DNA of 63,951 bases, filler included, from an uncultured Methanosarcinales archaeon (lineage in GTDB: Archaea > Nanobdellota > Nanobdellia > Woesearchaeales > CALCXY01), in assembly GCA_964385185.1 (NCBI GenBank). It is 4 parts of 4 records of this genome, joined end to end, with 100 filler letters (N's around TTAATTAATTAA, not from the genome) between each part and the next. Parts side by side here need not be neighbours in the genome. Positions count along the whole stretch, not along the records: positions 1 to 21,160 come from CAYLOA010000021.1; 3 more parts are not named here. The stretch is one strand, 5' to 3'. Each line of letters begins with the position of its first letter. Positions within the stretch are counted from its first letter, which is position 1. The translations under genes and the position numbers were made by a program. Below are positions 1 to 10,984 of this stretch, piece by piece. Below the pieces are notes generated by a model that ran no database searches, had not been told where the DNA came from, and saw nothing but the letters and a program-made list of their open reading frames with translations.

Positions 1-524
1 TATGCAGCTAATATTTCTGTTACTAGGCAATCTTCTGTTTTCTTTTTAGCATTAAATGCTTTATGATATGCTCCTTGTACCATATGTCTTAAAGCAATGT
101 CTATTCTTCTTTGTGGTGCACATTCAACTGCTTTAGGATATCTTGCACCCCCATATTCGATGGAGATAATCTCTTCTCTTGGAGCACCGTTTTCAATTGC
201 CTTAACTAAGACTTTGATTGGGTTTTCCTTTGTTTGAGCTTCGATTTTCTTTAAGACATTCTCTGTGATTTGATAAGCGTTCTGTGATTTACCAGTAATG
301 TGTCCTGAGGATTTAAAATGTTTTTTTGATTTATGTCCAGGGCACATAATTTTATTCATTAATCGTTCAACAATAAAAATCTTTGATTTGTGGAATCTGT
401 TACCTGCGTATCTTGCACCTGTTTTAGGGACTACTCTAGGTTGTAGTTGAATATAGTCTGCTAGACCAGGATCCTCTACTTTAATGCTTTCTGTTTCCCA
501 TCTATTGAATGCTAATACGGTCAT
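1..524 (-). CDS. rps7: 30S ribosomal protein uS7 (3' end runs off window)
   Basis: Manual translation MTVLAFNRWETESIKVEDPGLADYI...KAIENGAPREE...YGGARYPKAVECAPQRRIDIALR; directly downstream of S12. Confidence 0.95.
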   Translation of the reverse strand, partial: MTVLAFNRWETESIKVEDPGLADYIQLQPRVVPKTGARYAGNRFHKSKIFIVERLMNKIMCPGHKSKKHFKSSGHITGKSQNAYQITENVLKKIEAQTKENPIKVLVKAIENGAPREEIISIEYGGARYPKAVECAPQRRIDIALRHMVQGAYHKAFNAKKKTEDCLVTEILAA

Positions 525-526
525 GT

Positions 527-964
527 TTATTTCCTTGCCTTCTCAACTTTTCCTCTTAATAGGGCGTTGAGAGACTGATCATTTACTTTAAGAACTTGAA
601 ATCGAACTCCAGGGATATCTCCTTTGGATCTTCCTTTCGCCCCTCCAATACATTCGATGATTACTTCGTCGTGTTCATCTACTAGTTTAATGGCTTCATT
701 TCCTGGAACAAAAGCTGTTACTTGTTTACTGTTTTTTACTAATTGTACTCTAACACACTTTCTCATAGCTGAGTTAGGTTGTTTAGCTTCTAATTGTAAT
801 TTCTCTAGAACAATCCCTTTTCCTTGGGAAGAACCTTCCATTGGATCGGATTTTACCTTAAGATTTAATGTTCTGGACTTGTATACAGCGCTTTTCCACT
901 TAGAATCTCTTCTACGCTTCTTTAGCTTATTTGCTGCATTGATTCCTTTTGATTTTTTAGCCAT
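527..964 (-). CDS. rps12: 30S ribosomal protein uS12
   Basis: [16 protein letters not shown] and GDIPGVRF motifs. Confidence 0.98.
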   Translation of the reverse strand: MAKKSKGINAANKLKKRRRDSKWKSAVYKSRTLNLKVKSDPMEGSSQGKGIVLEKLQLEAKQPNSAMRKCVRVQLVKNSKQVTAFVPGNEAIKLVDEHDEVIIECIGGAKGRSKGDIPGVRFQVLKVNDQSLNALLRGKVEKARK

Positions 965-1125
965 TTTGTGTTATGTATAGTGATTAGGAACTCTAGGGGG
1001 TTTTTAAAGCTTGCGTTTGAAACTGTGCTGAAAAAGGTAAGTTTCAAGGGGTAAACTTGTGATATTTGGTTTGGAAAATATCCTATTATCGATACCTTTT
1101 AATACGAGGCATCTCATAAGTAAGT

Positions 1126-1290
1126 ATGTCATTTACTGCTTTAGAGAAAAAAGTCTTAGTACAGCTGTTAAAAGAGCATATAGCTCAAGTGAAGAAACAA
1201 GAACATGTTCCTTCTCAACAGATTGCTCTGTTATCAGCTGAAGTTAAGTATGAACAAGTTCTTAAGGATATAATGAAGAAGGTTAAGTAA
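1126..1290 (+). CDS. Small helical hypothetical protein, 54 aa (absent from ORF track)
   Basis: ATG...TAA frame MSFTALEKKVLVQLLKEHIAQVKKQEHVPSQQIALLSAEVKYEQVLKDIMKKVK; TATA-like TTTTAATA about 25 nt upstream; fills the gap up to the nusA stop. Confidence 0.7.
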   Translation: MSFTALEKKVLVQLLKEHIAQVKKQEHVPSQQIALLSAEVKYEQVLKDIMKKVK

Positions 1291-1293
1291 GAA

Positions 1294-1722
1294 CTAAACA
1301 ACCTTTATCTCATCTATGTCAAAATATCTTTTTACAATAGATTCAGTATTACGAAGTGTTTCAGCGGCTCTGCCGATTAAGTATCCTCTTGTTTGGTGAT
1401 TTTCTGCTGTTAGTAATACTATTTTCTTTCCATCTTCTTCTTTCTCTTCAACGTTAGCAAGTTTATTAGGATAGACCACATGTTGGATGAATTTTTCAAT
1501 ATCAGGAGAAAATTCGATAATCTTTATAGTTTTTTTAGCCATATGATTTAATTTCTTCACATTAGCTCCTTGTTTACCAATAGCCTTAGCTGCTTGGTTT
1601 TCATCCACAATATAGGTAATGCTTTTATCTCCAGGATAACAATCCTTAACTCTAGCACCTGTCATAGACTCAAACAGACTTATATGTTTCAGAACCTCAG
1701 TATCTAGCTTTATCTTACTCAT
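1294..1722 (-). CDS. nusA: Archaeal NusA (KH domains)
   Basis: AIGKQGANVK and LIGRAA KH motifs; follows L30e. Confidence 0.95.
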   Translation of the reverse strand: MSKIKLDTEVLKHISLFESMTGARVKDCYPGDKSITYIVDENQAAKAIGKQGANVKKLNHMAKKTIKIIEFSPDIEKFIQHVVYPNKLANVEEKEEDGKKIVLLTAENHQTRGYLIGRAAETLRNTESIVKRYFDIDEIKVV

Positions 1723-1984
1723 TTACGCTGACCACTGAAATAGAAAATGTTTTTTTACATACTATACCTAATTCTTCATTAGGAATTTTAAGATTCACAA
1801 TAGGAACTTTTGATACACTCACCATTGCGTTAAGATCTTCTTTTAATTCTGCTGGGCAATTAGCAGCTAGGTAAATCTTTTTTGTTTTACCTGCTCTAAG
1901 ATTTCTTTTTGCCATATTAACACCTATAATCAATGCTTTTGAATCTAAACTTTTCTTAATTTCTACTACTGAATCACTTGCCAC
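1715..1984 (-). CDS. rpl30e: 50S ribosomal protein eL30
   Basis: [19 protein letters not shown]; conserved position after rpoA''. Confidence 0.92.
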   Translation of the reverse strand: MASDSVVEIKKSLDSKALIIGVNMAKRNLRAGKTKKIYLAANCPAELKEDLNAMVSVSKVPIVNLKIPNEELGIVCKKTFSISVVSVNE

Positions 1985-3131
1985 TCTTCTTTCCTCCCAT
2001 CTTTCTTGTTTTTAAACTTGGAAGACCGGTTCCTACTGGAACAGCCTGATTTAACATGACATTCTCAACTACTGAGTTTAATTCATCGATTTCTCCAATA
2101 AGTGCAGCGTTAATAACGTGTCTAATTGGAGTTTCGAATGATGCTCTTGCTAATACGGATGATTTCTCGGATACAACTCCATATCGAGTGATTCCTTTGA
2201 TACTCCCTGAACTACACATGGTGTCTGAAGCAAGCATGATGTGTCTAATGTCGACATTCAGTCCTTGTGCTTCAATTACTTTGTATACTTCGTTAATAAT
2301 AGCTTGTCTAGCAGCTTCAATTCCAAATACTTCATAAATTTCATTAATATCATTTGAGATAGTTCTTTCTTTTTCAACCCAGTCAAGATCAAACATCTTT
2401 TTTAGGTTGGAACCTGCAGTGATAATGATAAATTCTTCATCTCTTTTAACAGGAAGTACTTGTTTAATTCCTTTAATTCCCTTGATGAATAATTTCTTTA
2501 ATTTTTCTCGTACTTTGTATACAATATTAAGATTATCTTCTTTTGATTTAACTTTTAGGATTAGTCTGTCACCTTCTACTTTAATATTTGAGAATGCTGT
2601 TTTCATTCCTTTTTTGATAGTAGCAGTTAAACCTACCATACCTAACTCTAATTCCTTCATCTTTTCTTTGTCTATAGTAACTTCAATTTTAGCGTCAACA
2701 ATATTGATAACAAATTCTTTAGCAATTTCCTCAAAGACTGTTTCTTTAATGGACATGGCAATCTTTCGAATATCTTTACCTTTGTTATAAGGACTCTTTA
2801 GGAAAATTTCCATCATCGGTGTTTTTAGTGTCTTTCTACCGTCTAAAATCTCGATAATTCTAGGAAGACCCATAGTAACATTCATCTCTGCAACTCCTGC
2901 GAAGTGGAAGGTATTCAATGTCATCTGTGTACCGGGTTCTCCAATGGATTCTGCGGAAACAACTCCTACGGATTCTCCTGCTTCTACCTGCATGTATACA
3001 TACTCTTCAACAGCTCGTTCCATAATCTTAGTGATTTTAGCAGCTGAAGCTCCTTTAGGAAGATGCTTTTCAATCTCGTCCAGAATAGTTACTGGGAGTT
3101 TATCTACGTATTTTTTTATGATAGGGTTCAT
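1974..3131 (-). CDS. rpoA2: RNA polymerase subunit A'' (Rpo1C)
   Basis: [27 protein letters not shown]. Confidence 0.98.
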   Translation of the reverse strand: MNPIIKKYVDKLPVTILDEIEKHLPKGASAAKITKIMERAVEEYVYMQVEAGESVGVVSAESIGEPGTQMTLNTFHFAGVAEMNVTMGLPRIIEILDGRKTLKTPMMEIFLKSPYNKGKDIRKIAMSIKETVFEEIAKEFVINIVDAKIEVTIDKEKMKELELGMVGLTATIKKGMKTAFSNIKVEGDRLILKVKSKEDNLNIVYKVREKLKKLFIKGIKGIKQVLPVKRDEEFIIITAGSNLKKMFDLDWVEKERTISNDINEIYEVFGIEAARQAIINEVYKVIEAQGLNVDIRHIMLASDTMCSSGSIKGITRYGVVSEKSSVLARASFETPIRHVINAALIGEIDELNSVVENVMLNQAVPVGTGLPSLKTRKMGGKKSGK

Positions 3132-5791
3132 TTTGTAGTCTCGATTAATTTTTTAACATTAATTGTTCCTTTTTCTGATTTTGATACATCAATACCGTCT
3201 TCACCATACATGAATTGGATAATTTTACCTGATGCGTCTCTTACTGTTTGATCGTACTCTACTTTAAGATCCTGCATTGCATTTGCTAATCTTCTATACA
3301 AATATCCTGATTTAGGAGTTCTCAAAGCGGTATCCATTAATGAATCTCGTCCTGTCATAGCTTGGAAGAAGAATTCATGAGGTGCAAGACCTTTTTTGAA
3401 TCCATGTCTGATAAATCCTCTCGCTGCAGGACTTAAATCATTCTTTTTGAAATGTGAAAGTGTTCTTAATTTGTATCCTTTGTCAATTCTCTTACCTCTC
3501 ATAGCTTGTTGACCTACACATGCAGCCATCTGAATTAAGTTTAGAGGATTTCCTCTTGCTCCTGATGCAGCCATAACTACTGAGGCGTTATTTTCACCAG
3601 CATATTGGGAGACAATTTGTCCTGTTTTATTTCTTGCTTTGTTTAGTACTTCTAGGATCTTTAATTCTAATGTTTCTTGCATACTTCTTCCCGGGAAGAC
3701 GTCTAATACTTTTTCTTCATATGCTTTGATTAATTCTGCAACTTCTTTTTCTGCGTTTGTTAATGTTTCTTCAATTTTTGCTCTTGCATCTTCAGGCATA
3801 TCGGAATCCATTAGTCCAGTAGTAAATCCATAGTTCAATAGCACTTGGTTTCCTAGTCTAAACATGTTTTCTAGAATTTTAATTGTTTTAGCAGGTCCAT
3901 ATTGCTTGTGCAAGTCTCGTAGCATTAATCCTGCTTCTTGACCAATACTATTTGCGTCAATATGACCTTTTGTTAATTGTCCGTTGTTGATAACGACTTC
4001 ATTATTTTCTTTTTGTCGTGAATTTCCTACATAGTTAAAGTCAGATGGAATTAATACCGAGAAAATTTCCTTTCCAGTAACTGTTTGTTTTTGTGGTAAT
4101 TTTTTATAATTAGTAATACCAATATTTGAAAGTAATTCAACTGCTTCATTTCTTGTCATACTAATGGAGTCAGTTAGTAAGTAGTTTCCTGAGATACTAT
4201 CTTGTGTACATCCAATAATGGATAGACCGTATCTTGGTGAAATTAGTTGAGTTGGAATTGCCATTAATGTTTCTGCTTCTGCACGTGATTCCTCATTTTG
4301 AGGGATGTGTAGATTCATCTCGTCTCCATCGAAATCTGCGTTATATGGGTGACAGACAGCAGGATTTAATCTGAATGTTTTACCAGGAAGGACTTTAACT
4401 TTGTGACACATCATGCTCATTCTGTGGAGTGATGGTTGTCTGTTAAAGATTGCAATATCTCCATCCATTAAGTGTCTTTCAACAACATATCCTGGTTGTA
4501 ATTCTTCAAGAGCAGCTTCTTTAGTTTCGTCGGTAATCTTCTTCTTTTTACCGTCTGGTCTAATAACATAGTTACATCCTGGGTATTTAGTAGGTCCTCG
4601 CTCAATAAATGCTTTTAGATATTTCATGTTCCAAGGAGTAATGGTCTCTGGAACGGAAAGTTTCATTGCAATAATCTTAGGAACTCCTACTTCATCCAAT
4701 GCAAGCATAGGATCAGGAGAGATAACTGTTCTTGCGGAAAAGTTTGTTCTTTTTCCAGCTAGATTGTGTCTAATTCTTCCTTCTTTACTTTTAATTCTTT
4801 CACTGATTGTTTTAAGTGGTTGTCCTGATCGGTGTCTAGCAGGAGGTAATTGTGCTACGGAATTATCAAAGAAGGTAGTAATGTGATATTGTAGTAAGTC
4901 CCACAAATCCTCGATAATAATTTCTGGAGCTCCAGCGTTAATATTTTCGAATAGTCTTTGATTGATTCTTACAATGTCTCCCATCTTGTGGGTAAGATCG
5001 TCCTCACTTCTTTCACCTGATTCTAAGGTAATAGAAGGTCTCATAGTTACGGGTGGAATAGGCATAATTGTAATGACCATCCATTCAGGTCGTGCAGTTT
5101 CTGCATTAATTCCAAACATTTCTACATCTTCATCAGAGATTTTTTCAAGTCTCATTCTAATTTCAATAGGTGAGATTCTTTTATCATTCTCTAGGAAAGT
5201 TGTAGGTTTTTCTAATGCGATTTTAAATTGTCGAGCAGAACAGTGTGCACATTTATTTGCATTCTTCATACTGGTAAGCACTTTTTTCATGTATGCTTTC
5301 CTTCCGGAGAATCCAATTTCTTTATCAATACGTGCAAATTCTTTTTTTGCTTTGTCAATCTTAATTTTAGGTATTAATACTCTTCCACAATCTCTACAGG
5401 TAGATTTTAGTAAATTTAATACTGTTGCAATATGAGAAATGTGAATGATAGGACGAGCTAATTCCATGTATCCAAAGTGACCTGGACATTCTTTTAATTT
5501 AGCTCCACAAGTTTTACACCGTAGTCCTGGATCGATAACTCCTAGTCTGATGTCCATTAGTCCACCGTCAACAGGATATCCTTCTTTATCGTACAATTCT
5601 GGAGTAACTACTTTAGCGACAGCCATTTTTTTAATGTCTTTAGGACTCAGCATCCTAAATTCAATAGCTTTTACTTGTTTAAAGATTCCCACTTCAGTAG
5701 GTTCTAGTTCTTTCTTTTCCTCAGTAGATTCTGAAGATTCATCACTAGGTTCTTCCATTGGTTTCTCTACCGGTGCTTCTTCGTCTGCCAT
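3128..5791 (-). CDS. rpoA1: RNA polymerase subunit A' (Rpo1N)
   Basis: Catalytic [17 protein letters not shown] zinc site. Confidence 0.99.
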   Translation of the reverse strand: MADEEAPVEKPMEEPSDESSESTEEKKELEPTEVGIFKQVKAIEFRMLSPKDIKKMAVAKVVTPELYDKEGYPVDGGLMDIRLGVIDPGLRCKTCGAKLKECPGHFGYMELARPIIHISHIATVLNLLKSTCRDCGRVLIPKIKIDKAKKEFARIDKEIGFSGRKAYMKKVLTSMKNANKCAHCSARQFKIALEKPTTFLENDKRISPIEIRMRLEKISDEDVEMFGINAETARPEWMVITIMPIPPVTMRPSITLESGERSEDDLTHKMGDIVRINQRLFENINAGAPEIIIEDLWDLLQYHITTFFDNSVAQLPPARHRSGQPLKTISERIKSKEGRIRHNLAGKRTNFSARTVISPDPMLALDEVGVPKIIAMKLSVPETITPWNMKYLKAFIERGPTKYPGCNYVIRPDGKKKKITDETKEAALEELQPGYVVERHLMDGDIAIFNRQPSLHRMSMMCHKVKVLPGKTFRLNPAVCHPYNADFDGDEMNLHIPQNEESRAEAETLMAIPTQLISPRYGLSIIGCTQDSISGNYLLTDSISMTRNEAVELLSNIGITNYKKLPQKQTVTGKEIFSVLIPSDFNYVGNSRQKENNEVVINNGQLTKGHIDANSIGQEAGLMLRDLHKQYGPAKTIKILENMFRLGNQVLLNYGFTTGLMDSDMPEDARAKIEETLTNAEKEVAELIKAYEEKVLDVFPGRSMQETLELKILEVLNKARNKTGQIVSQYAGENNASVVMAASGARGNPLNLIQMAACVGQQAMRGKRIDKGYKLRTLSHFKKNDLSPAARGFIRHGFKKGLAPHEFFFQAMTGRDSLMDTALRTPKSGYLYRRLANAMQDLKVEYDQTVRDASGKIIQFMYGEDGIDVSKSEKGTINVKKLIETTK

Positions 5792-5792
5792 T

Positions 5793-7595
5793 TTAGTATT
5801 TATTCTCCAAGATTAATTTTGGATAGATTCCAAGTGATTTAAACTCGTCTAGTAATAGTTTGAATGCATAACTGATTTCAATATCATTTATTTCTGCGTG
5901 TTCAGTGGATACTGGTTCTATCTTACTATCATGGTAAGAATCATAGAATCCCATTAATCCTGTTTCTTCTGAAACGGGAATAATAGTTCTGTCTGAATCG
6001 AATCTTTCTTTCAATAGTAATGCAGCTCCGTGAGCGATGAAGGTATCCTTCTCCATCTCTCCTAGTCTTAATCCTCCTTCCTTAGCTCGTCCTTCTGTAG
6101 GTTGTCGAGTAAGTAGTTGGATTGGACCTCTTGCTCTTGAGTGGATTTTGTTAGCAACCATATGCTTTAATTTAAGATAATACATGTTTCCTACGAATAC
6201 TCTTGCTTGGTATTTAATTCCTGAAGCTCCATCATACATGGTTTCTGTTCCGTCGTCTCTAAATCCTAGAGTAAGTAATTCTTTTCTAATTGCATCTTCA
6301 GATTCTCCATCGAATGTCGTACCATTAATAGGTCGTGCAGCCAAGGATCCTGTTTTTCCTGCAATAAGTTCTAATAAGTGTGCAACCGTCATACGTGAAG
6401 GGATGGAATGCGGTGAAAACATAATGTCAGGAACCATACCGGATGAGGTAAATGGCATGTCTGCATTAGGTACAATCATTCCGATAACTCCTTTTTGTCC
6501 GTGTCGTGAGGTAAACTTGTCTCCAATCTCTGGAACTCGTGAATCTCTCACTCTTACTTGGACTAATTTGTTACCTTCTACGTTTTCTGATAGTAAAATA
6601 AAATCTACAACTCCTTTTTCTCCGTGTCTTAATGCAACTGAAGATTCTCTTCTAGTTGAAGAGGCAAGGTTGTATTCATCTAATCCTGATAAGAATCTAG
6701 GAGGGGATGTTTTTCCGATGATAACATCATCTTCACCTACTTTTGCTTCTGGGTAGATAATTCCATCTCCTTCAATTAATCGGTAATCTTTTTCTGATTT
6801 GTATCCTTTGATATCTTTATCAGGAACTGTAATAGTGTCTTGTAATCCACCTGAGTATCGTAATTCTTCTGCAATGGATGGTCTGAAGTAAGTTGATCGT
6901 CCTAATCCTCGGTCAACAGCACCTTGATTTAAGACAATTGCATCTTCCATGTTGTATCCTTTGTAACTCATAACAGCTACAATAACATTTTGCCCTGCAG
7001 GATGTTTCTCATACTCTGCAATATCGTGCATAATTGTTTTTACAACAGGATTTTGAGGATAATGAAGAATATTTGTATCCATGTCCATTCTTACGTTAAA
7101 ATTAGCAGCGTAGAATCCTAAAGCTTGTTTTTGGTTCTTTGAACCTGCGTTTAGTTTTGCTGATGGATTAAAGTTTCCGTAAGGGACTAAAGCTGTAGTT
7201 AATCCTAACATTGCAAGTGGACTAATTTCTAGGTGTGTAGTATCTTGAGTAATGCTTTTTTCATCGAAAGCAACTAATGCATCTTCTTCTTCTGATGCGT
7301 CTAGGTATTCAATAATTCCTTGTTCAACAAGGTCATTCCATGTCATTTCTTTGCTCTCTAATTGTTTAAGATGTTTTTCTGTTAACAAAGGAGCTCCTTC
7401 TTTAACGACAATGATAGGTCTTCTTGCTCTCCCTTTATTGGATTCTATATGAATCTCATCAATTTGATTATGGAATTGTAGGTTTAAGTTTTTAGAGATA
7501 ACTCCCTTTCTTCTTTCTTGCTTTACCTGTTTGATAAAGTCTTCAGGATTATCTATAGTCCCTACATATTTTCCGTTTAGGTATATTTCAGTCAT
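5793..7595 (-). CDS. rpoB1: RNA polymerase subunit B' (Rpo2C)
   Basis: GDKFTSRHGQKG, GGLRLGEMEKD. Confidence 0.98.
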   Translation of the reverse strand: MTEIYLNGKYVGTIDNPEDFIKQVKQERRKGVISKNLNLQFHNQIDEIHIESNKGRARRPIIVVKEGAPLLTEKHLKQLESKEMTWNDLVEQGIIEYLDASEEEDALVAFDEKSITQDTTHLEISPLAMLGLTTALVPYGNFNPSAKLNAGSKNQKQALGFYAANFNVRMDMDTNILHYPQNPVVKTIMHDIAEYEKHPAGQNVIVAVMSYKGYNMEDAIVLNQGAVDRGLGRSTYFRPSIAEELRYSGGLQDTITVPDKDIKGYKSEKDYRLIEGDGIIYPEAKVGEDDVIIGKTSPPRFLSGLDEYNLASSTRRESSVALRHGEKGVVDFILLSENVEGNKLVQVRVRDSRVPEIGDKFTSRHGQKGVIGMIVPNADMPFTSSGMVPDIMFSPHSIPSRMTVAHLLELIAGKTGSLAARPINGTTFDGESEDAIRKELLTLGFRDDGTETMYDGASGIKYQARVFVGNMYYLKLKHMVANKIHSRARGPIQLLTRQPTEGRAKEGGLRLGEMEKDTFIAHGAALLLKERFDSDRTIIPVSEETGLMGFYDSYHDSKIEPVSTEHAEINDIEISYAFKLLLDEFKSLGIYPKLILENKY

Positions 7596-7596
7596 T

Positions 7597-9093
7597 TTAT
7601 ATGTTCAATGGCTTTAAGCCAAGGTTTTTTAGTGATTTTAAAATTTCTTCTTCGTCTGCATCTCCTGAAATACTTGTTAAGAGAGCAAGATTTTTTCTTA
7701 ATCCAATATTAGTTCCTTCTGGAGTTTCAATTGGGCATAATCTTCCTAGATGTGTACAGTGCAGTTCTCTCGCTGCGAAATTTTCTTGGGAAGCTGATAA
7801 TGGTGATACAACTCTTTGTAGATGAGACATAGTCTCTAAGAAATTTAATCGTTGAATTCTTTGTGAGATTCCTTTTCTTCCCCCTACCCAATTACCCGTA
7901 GCCATTGCTGAATACATTCTTTGAGTTAACAGTTTGTCTCTGATAATAACTTTGATTGACGGGAACTTTCCTCGTTTTACAATTCTTTGGAAGTTGTATA
8001 ATAAATCTTGAATTAATACTTTTAGATTTACTCTGAAAAGATCTGATAGTAATTCTCCTGCTAGTTTTAGTCTTTTGTTACCGTAATGATCCTTGTCGTC
8101 TAATTTTGTTTTACCAGATTCAGCAACAATAAACTTTTTCATTAATTTACATAAGTTGTGTGCTTTTACCATTCTATCATCACTTGTTAAACCAAGATTT
8201 GGAAGAAGGTATCTGTCTAAGATATCGTGCATTCTCTCAAGTCTAATTTCTTTTGTTTGTGTGATTCCAATTCTTCTTGCAATGTAATCGATAGCTTCTT
8301 CTTGCGTTTTAATTTCAATGTATTCGTATAGATTGATTAGGATTTCATCAAATTGTTTTTTCTCTGAGATGAACTTCATGATGTCTTCATCTTTAAGGAT
8401 TCCCAGAGCTTTGATGATAACAACTAATGGTACTCTTTTTACTCTTGTGAATGAGAGGTAGAAAATTCCATCTTTCAATCGTTCGATTGTATGTGGTATC
8501 TTGAAACTTCCTGATTCTGAGAATAATTTTCCAACATAGGGTGAAGTGGTATGTCCTTTTTCAACTAAGAATTTGTTAGACGCTAAATCTTCAATATCGA
8601 TTAGTACTTTTTCTGTTCCGTTGATAATAAAGTATCCTCCTGGATCATCTGGATCTTCTCCTTTAGAGATAACATCTTCACGACTGAGACCGGATAGATG
8701 ACAGAAGTTTGAATGTAACATCACTGGAATGTTTCCAATCTGTGTAGTAAATGATTCTCTTTGTACTTCGTTAATATGAGCAGAAACTTCGATAAAGACA
8801 GGAGCTGAGTAGGTAATTTTTCTAAGCCGTGCTTCAACAGGGTAGATATCTCTTTTGGATCCATCTGCTTCTGTGATTTCAGGCTTTGTTACCCAGATTT
8901 TGTCTAGTTTGATTTTAAAATCGTCAATATTATGTGGGATAATCGTAGGAATAATTTCTTTGTTTTCTTCAACAATTTTTTGTAGTTCATTTTCTATGAA
9001 GTTGTTAAAACTTCCAATATCTGAATCTACAAAAGACCGTTCTTCAAAGTACTTTTGGATTAAAATTTTTCCTTGATCAAGCATTGATAACAC
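7597..9093 (-). CDS. rpoB2: RNA polymerase subunit B'' (Rpo2N)
   Basis: DPGGYFIINGTEKV, CPIETPEGTNIGL. Confidence 0.98.
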   Translation of the reverse strand: MLSMLDQGKILIQKYFEERSFVDSDIGSFNNFIENELQKIVEENKEIIPTIIPHNIDDFKIKLDKIWVTKPEITEADGSKRDIYPVEARLRKITYSAPVFIEVSAHINEVQRESFTTQIGNIPVMLHSNFCHLSGLSREDVISKGEDPDDPGGYFIINGTEKVLIDIEDLASNKFLVEKGHTTSPYVGKLFSESGSFKIPHTIERLKDGIFYLSFTRVKRVPLVVIIKALGILKDEDIMKFISEKKQFDEILINLYEYIEIKTQEEAIDYIARRIGITQTKEIRLERMHDILDRYLLPNLGLTSDDRMVKAHNLCKLMKKFIVAESGKTKLDDKDHYGNKRLKLAGELLSDLFRVNLKVLIQDLLYNFQRIVKRGKFPSIKVIIRDKLLTQRMYSAMATGNWVGGRKGISQRIQRLNFLETMSHLQRVVSPLSASQENFAARELHCTHLGRLCPIETPEGTNIGLRKNLALLTSISGDADEEEILKSLKNLGLKPLNI

Positions 9094-9319
9094 ACCTATA
9101 GAATATTGTTTCTCCGACGTATGGATTTTGTCGGGTAATTTTGATAATATCTCCTTCTTTTGCTTTTAGATTAGCAATAGAAGCATCTTTAATATTGATT
9201 TTAGGAAGACTGATAGTAGTGATCTTGTAGTTTTCTAGCAGTTTTTCTTTCTCTTTTTCAGAAAGCTTCGCTTGCTTAGGTACAAGATAATGTTTCGTGA
9301 TATCAAATTTTGAGGCCAT
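9077..9319 (-). CDS. rpoH: RNA polymerase subunit H (Rpo5)
   Basis: HYLVPK...LPKI...GDIIKITR...YRCV. Confidence 0.96.
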   Translation of the reverse strand: MASKFDITKHYLVPKQAKLSEKEKEKLLENYKITTISLPKINIKDASIANLKAKEGDIIKITRQNPYVGETIFYRCVINA

Positions 9320-9382
9320 TTTTGTTTCTAAACGTTTGTGTTATTCGACAATCCCCTTTGTTATTTGGTATGTATGATCGTA

Positions 9383-9471
9383 CGGGCCGGACGAGATTTG
9401 AACTCGCGACAGCTGGATTAAAAGTCCAGTGCTCTGTTGCCCACATTTGTTCCAGGCTGAGCTACCGGCCC
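9383..9471 (-). tRNA. tRNA-Lys(TTT) with 15-nt D-loop intron (9437-9451)
   Basis: Acceptor GGGCCGG/CCGGCCC, anticodon arm CTGGA-CTTTTAA-TCCAG, T-loop TTCAAAT; removing AACAAATGTGGGCAA restores GCTCAGCCTGGCAGAGC and a 74-nt tRNA. Confidence 0.92.
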
Positions 9472-9475
9472 ATTA

Positions 9476-9623
9476 CGCCCTGGCCGGGAAAATCTCATCC
9501 CCACGAACGTGGTGAATGTTTCGAACCCGGGTCGAAGCCTTACTTCCTGCAATTGAATGCAGTCGACAGGGCTTCATGATAGTTACTGCAGCTTGTCGCT
9601 GTGCCAGACTACACTACCAGGGC
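9476..9623 (-). tRNA. tRNA-Asp(GTC) with three introns (D-loop 9583-9602, anticodon loop 9541-9563, T-loop 9490-9519)
   Basis: Removing 20+23+30 nt gives GCCCTGGTAGTGTAGTCTGGCCTATCATGAAGCCCTGTCGAGGCTTCGACCCGGGTTCGAATCCCGGCCAGGGCG, a typical 75-nt archaeal tRNA-Asp. Confidence 0.92.
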
Positions 9624-9872
9624 GAACGTCAGCAAACCTTCTACTCTTTAATAAACGTCTAATTAGACTCTATTAAGTGTGTAGAAAGATTTTTCTGGCA
9701 TTTAAGAATAGAGTAAAGAGCCTGTTTATAAAGCTTTCTCTTTTGTAACCTAAATTATACTATCTAGAAGAAATCACGTATTTCATGTACGGATTTAGAG
9801 TTTATGAGGTATTGATATATATAAATATTGTGGAGCTGGGTTATAATTTGATGCAAGATTTAGTAACCTTTC

Positions 9873-10604
9873 CTAATATTGAATTCCAAATTGTTCTAAA
9901 ATGTATTGAGAGACTTCACCTTTTCTTACTCCAAAATCAATTCTAATATTCATTTTATCCACACAATGTTTAAATTGACTTTTACTGTCAAGATGAAAGA
10001 ATTCCCTATAGGGAGTCAATCCCAGATAATGTGGTGGAACTATTGCATTAAAATCTAGTTGGTAAATATATTCTCTAGCTAATGAGTATCCGATTGTGTG
10101 ATCTAATTTGGCAGTCAATGAATTGGAAAAACAATCATGATCCAACCTGTCCCTATTTCTTTGAGAATCATTCCCATTCCTTGCAAATGCTAATCGCAAC
10201 ATAATGTATTCATCGATTGCTGCTATCATTTCAGTCATTGCCCCATTCGGTTGAGTGCCAAATTTTTGATGATAGGAAAAACCATGACAAAAATGACTTA
10301 CTTCTTCGAATACTGTTATCCAGGCGTCATGGGGTGTAACTTCTTCTGCTTCATTAAATTGATTGAGAACTTCTGGTTTAAAATAAATCATAGGAAGTAG
10401 ATCTCCTGTGAATTTATTTTGATTTAGGATAACACACCCGAGACAATTTGATAATCTTTCTATAATACCTGGGATAAATTTTTCAAGCCTAGGAAGAGAT
10501 TTATCAGTAATAAGATGATTTTTGGCATTTTCACCAATTTGGATATCATGCATTTTCTCAATTTGCGATTGTGCTAGATCTATAGCTTCGTAAATACTTG
10601 CCAT
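9873..10604 (-). CDS. Hypothetical protein (EExxH motif, possibly zincin-like)
   Basis: 243-aa ORF with FEEVSHF and a downstream TEMIA Glu. Confidence 0.7.
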   Translation of the reverse strand: MASIYEAIDLAQSQIEKMHDIQIGENAKNHLITDKSLPRLEKFIPGIIERLSNCLGCVILNQNKFTGDLLPMIYFKPEVLNQFNEAEEVTPHDAWITVFEEVSHFCHGFSYHQKFGTQPNGAMTEMIAAIDEYIMLRLAFARNGNDSQRNRDRLDHDCFSNSLTAKLDHTIGYSLAREYIYQLDFNAIVPPHYLGLTPYREFFHLDSKSQFKHCVDKMNIRIDFGVRKGEVSQYILEQFGIQY

Positions 10605-10660
10605 TGTTGTCTATCACACCATAGATATATTTATTTATTGTTATTTATAATAAGAGAAAA

Positions 10661-10984
10661 ATCCCTCCCCCCAGATTACTACGTTAAGTATGAATCCTGC
10701 AGGTTAACTAAGTAATGGAATGGTTTATGATGCAATGTGCGAAAGAGTTAAATACCTAATAAACAGAGAATTAATCAATGGTTAATAATATTTTGATTCA
10801 GGAGACTCCCAGTAGTAAAGTAACCATTTATACAGTAGTAAGTACTGTGATTAATCTGATTATCGGTGTGCTTATATTACTAATAAGTGCCATAGTAATT
10901 AAGGGAAAACTTCAAGTTGGAAATTATTTGATTTTTATTGTACCTTCTTTTGTCGTTATTGGATTGGTCGTAATAATTTTTCTT
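10661..10984. repeat. 324-bp perfect direct repeat, copy 1 (copy 2 at 15814-16137)
   Basis: Identical by eye from ATCCCTCCCCCCAGATT to ...GTAATAATTTTTCTT; includes promoter and first 69 codons of a membrane protein. Confidence 0.95.

Noticed and set aside
1059..1241. 60-aa track ORF
   Set aside because: The overlapping ATG-initiated 54-aa frame (1126-1290) is more protein-like and fits the promoter spacing.
2056..9076. Many antisense ORFs within rpo genes (also within ftsZ, EF-2, asnB and the surface protein)
   Set aside because: Shadow frames of well-supported genes.
5793..9093. Split rpoB and rpoA as a novelty
   Set aside because: Both splits are well known in archaea.
9310..9579. Track ORFs over tRNAs and repeats (9310, 16993, 29983, 34675)
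   Set aside because: Explained by tRNA genes, repeats or N gaps.
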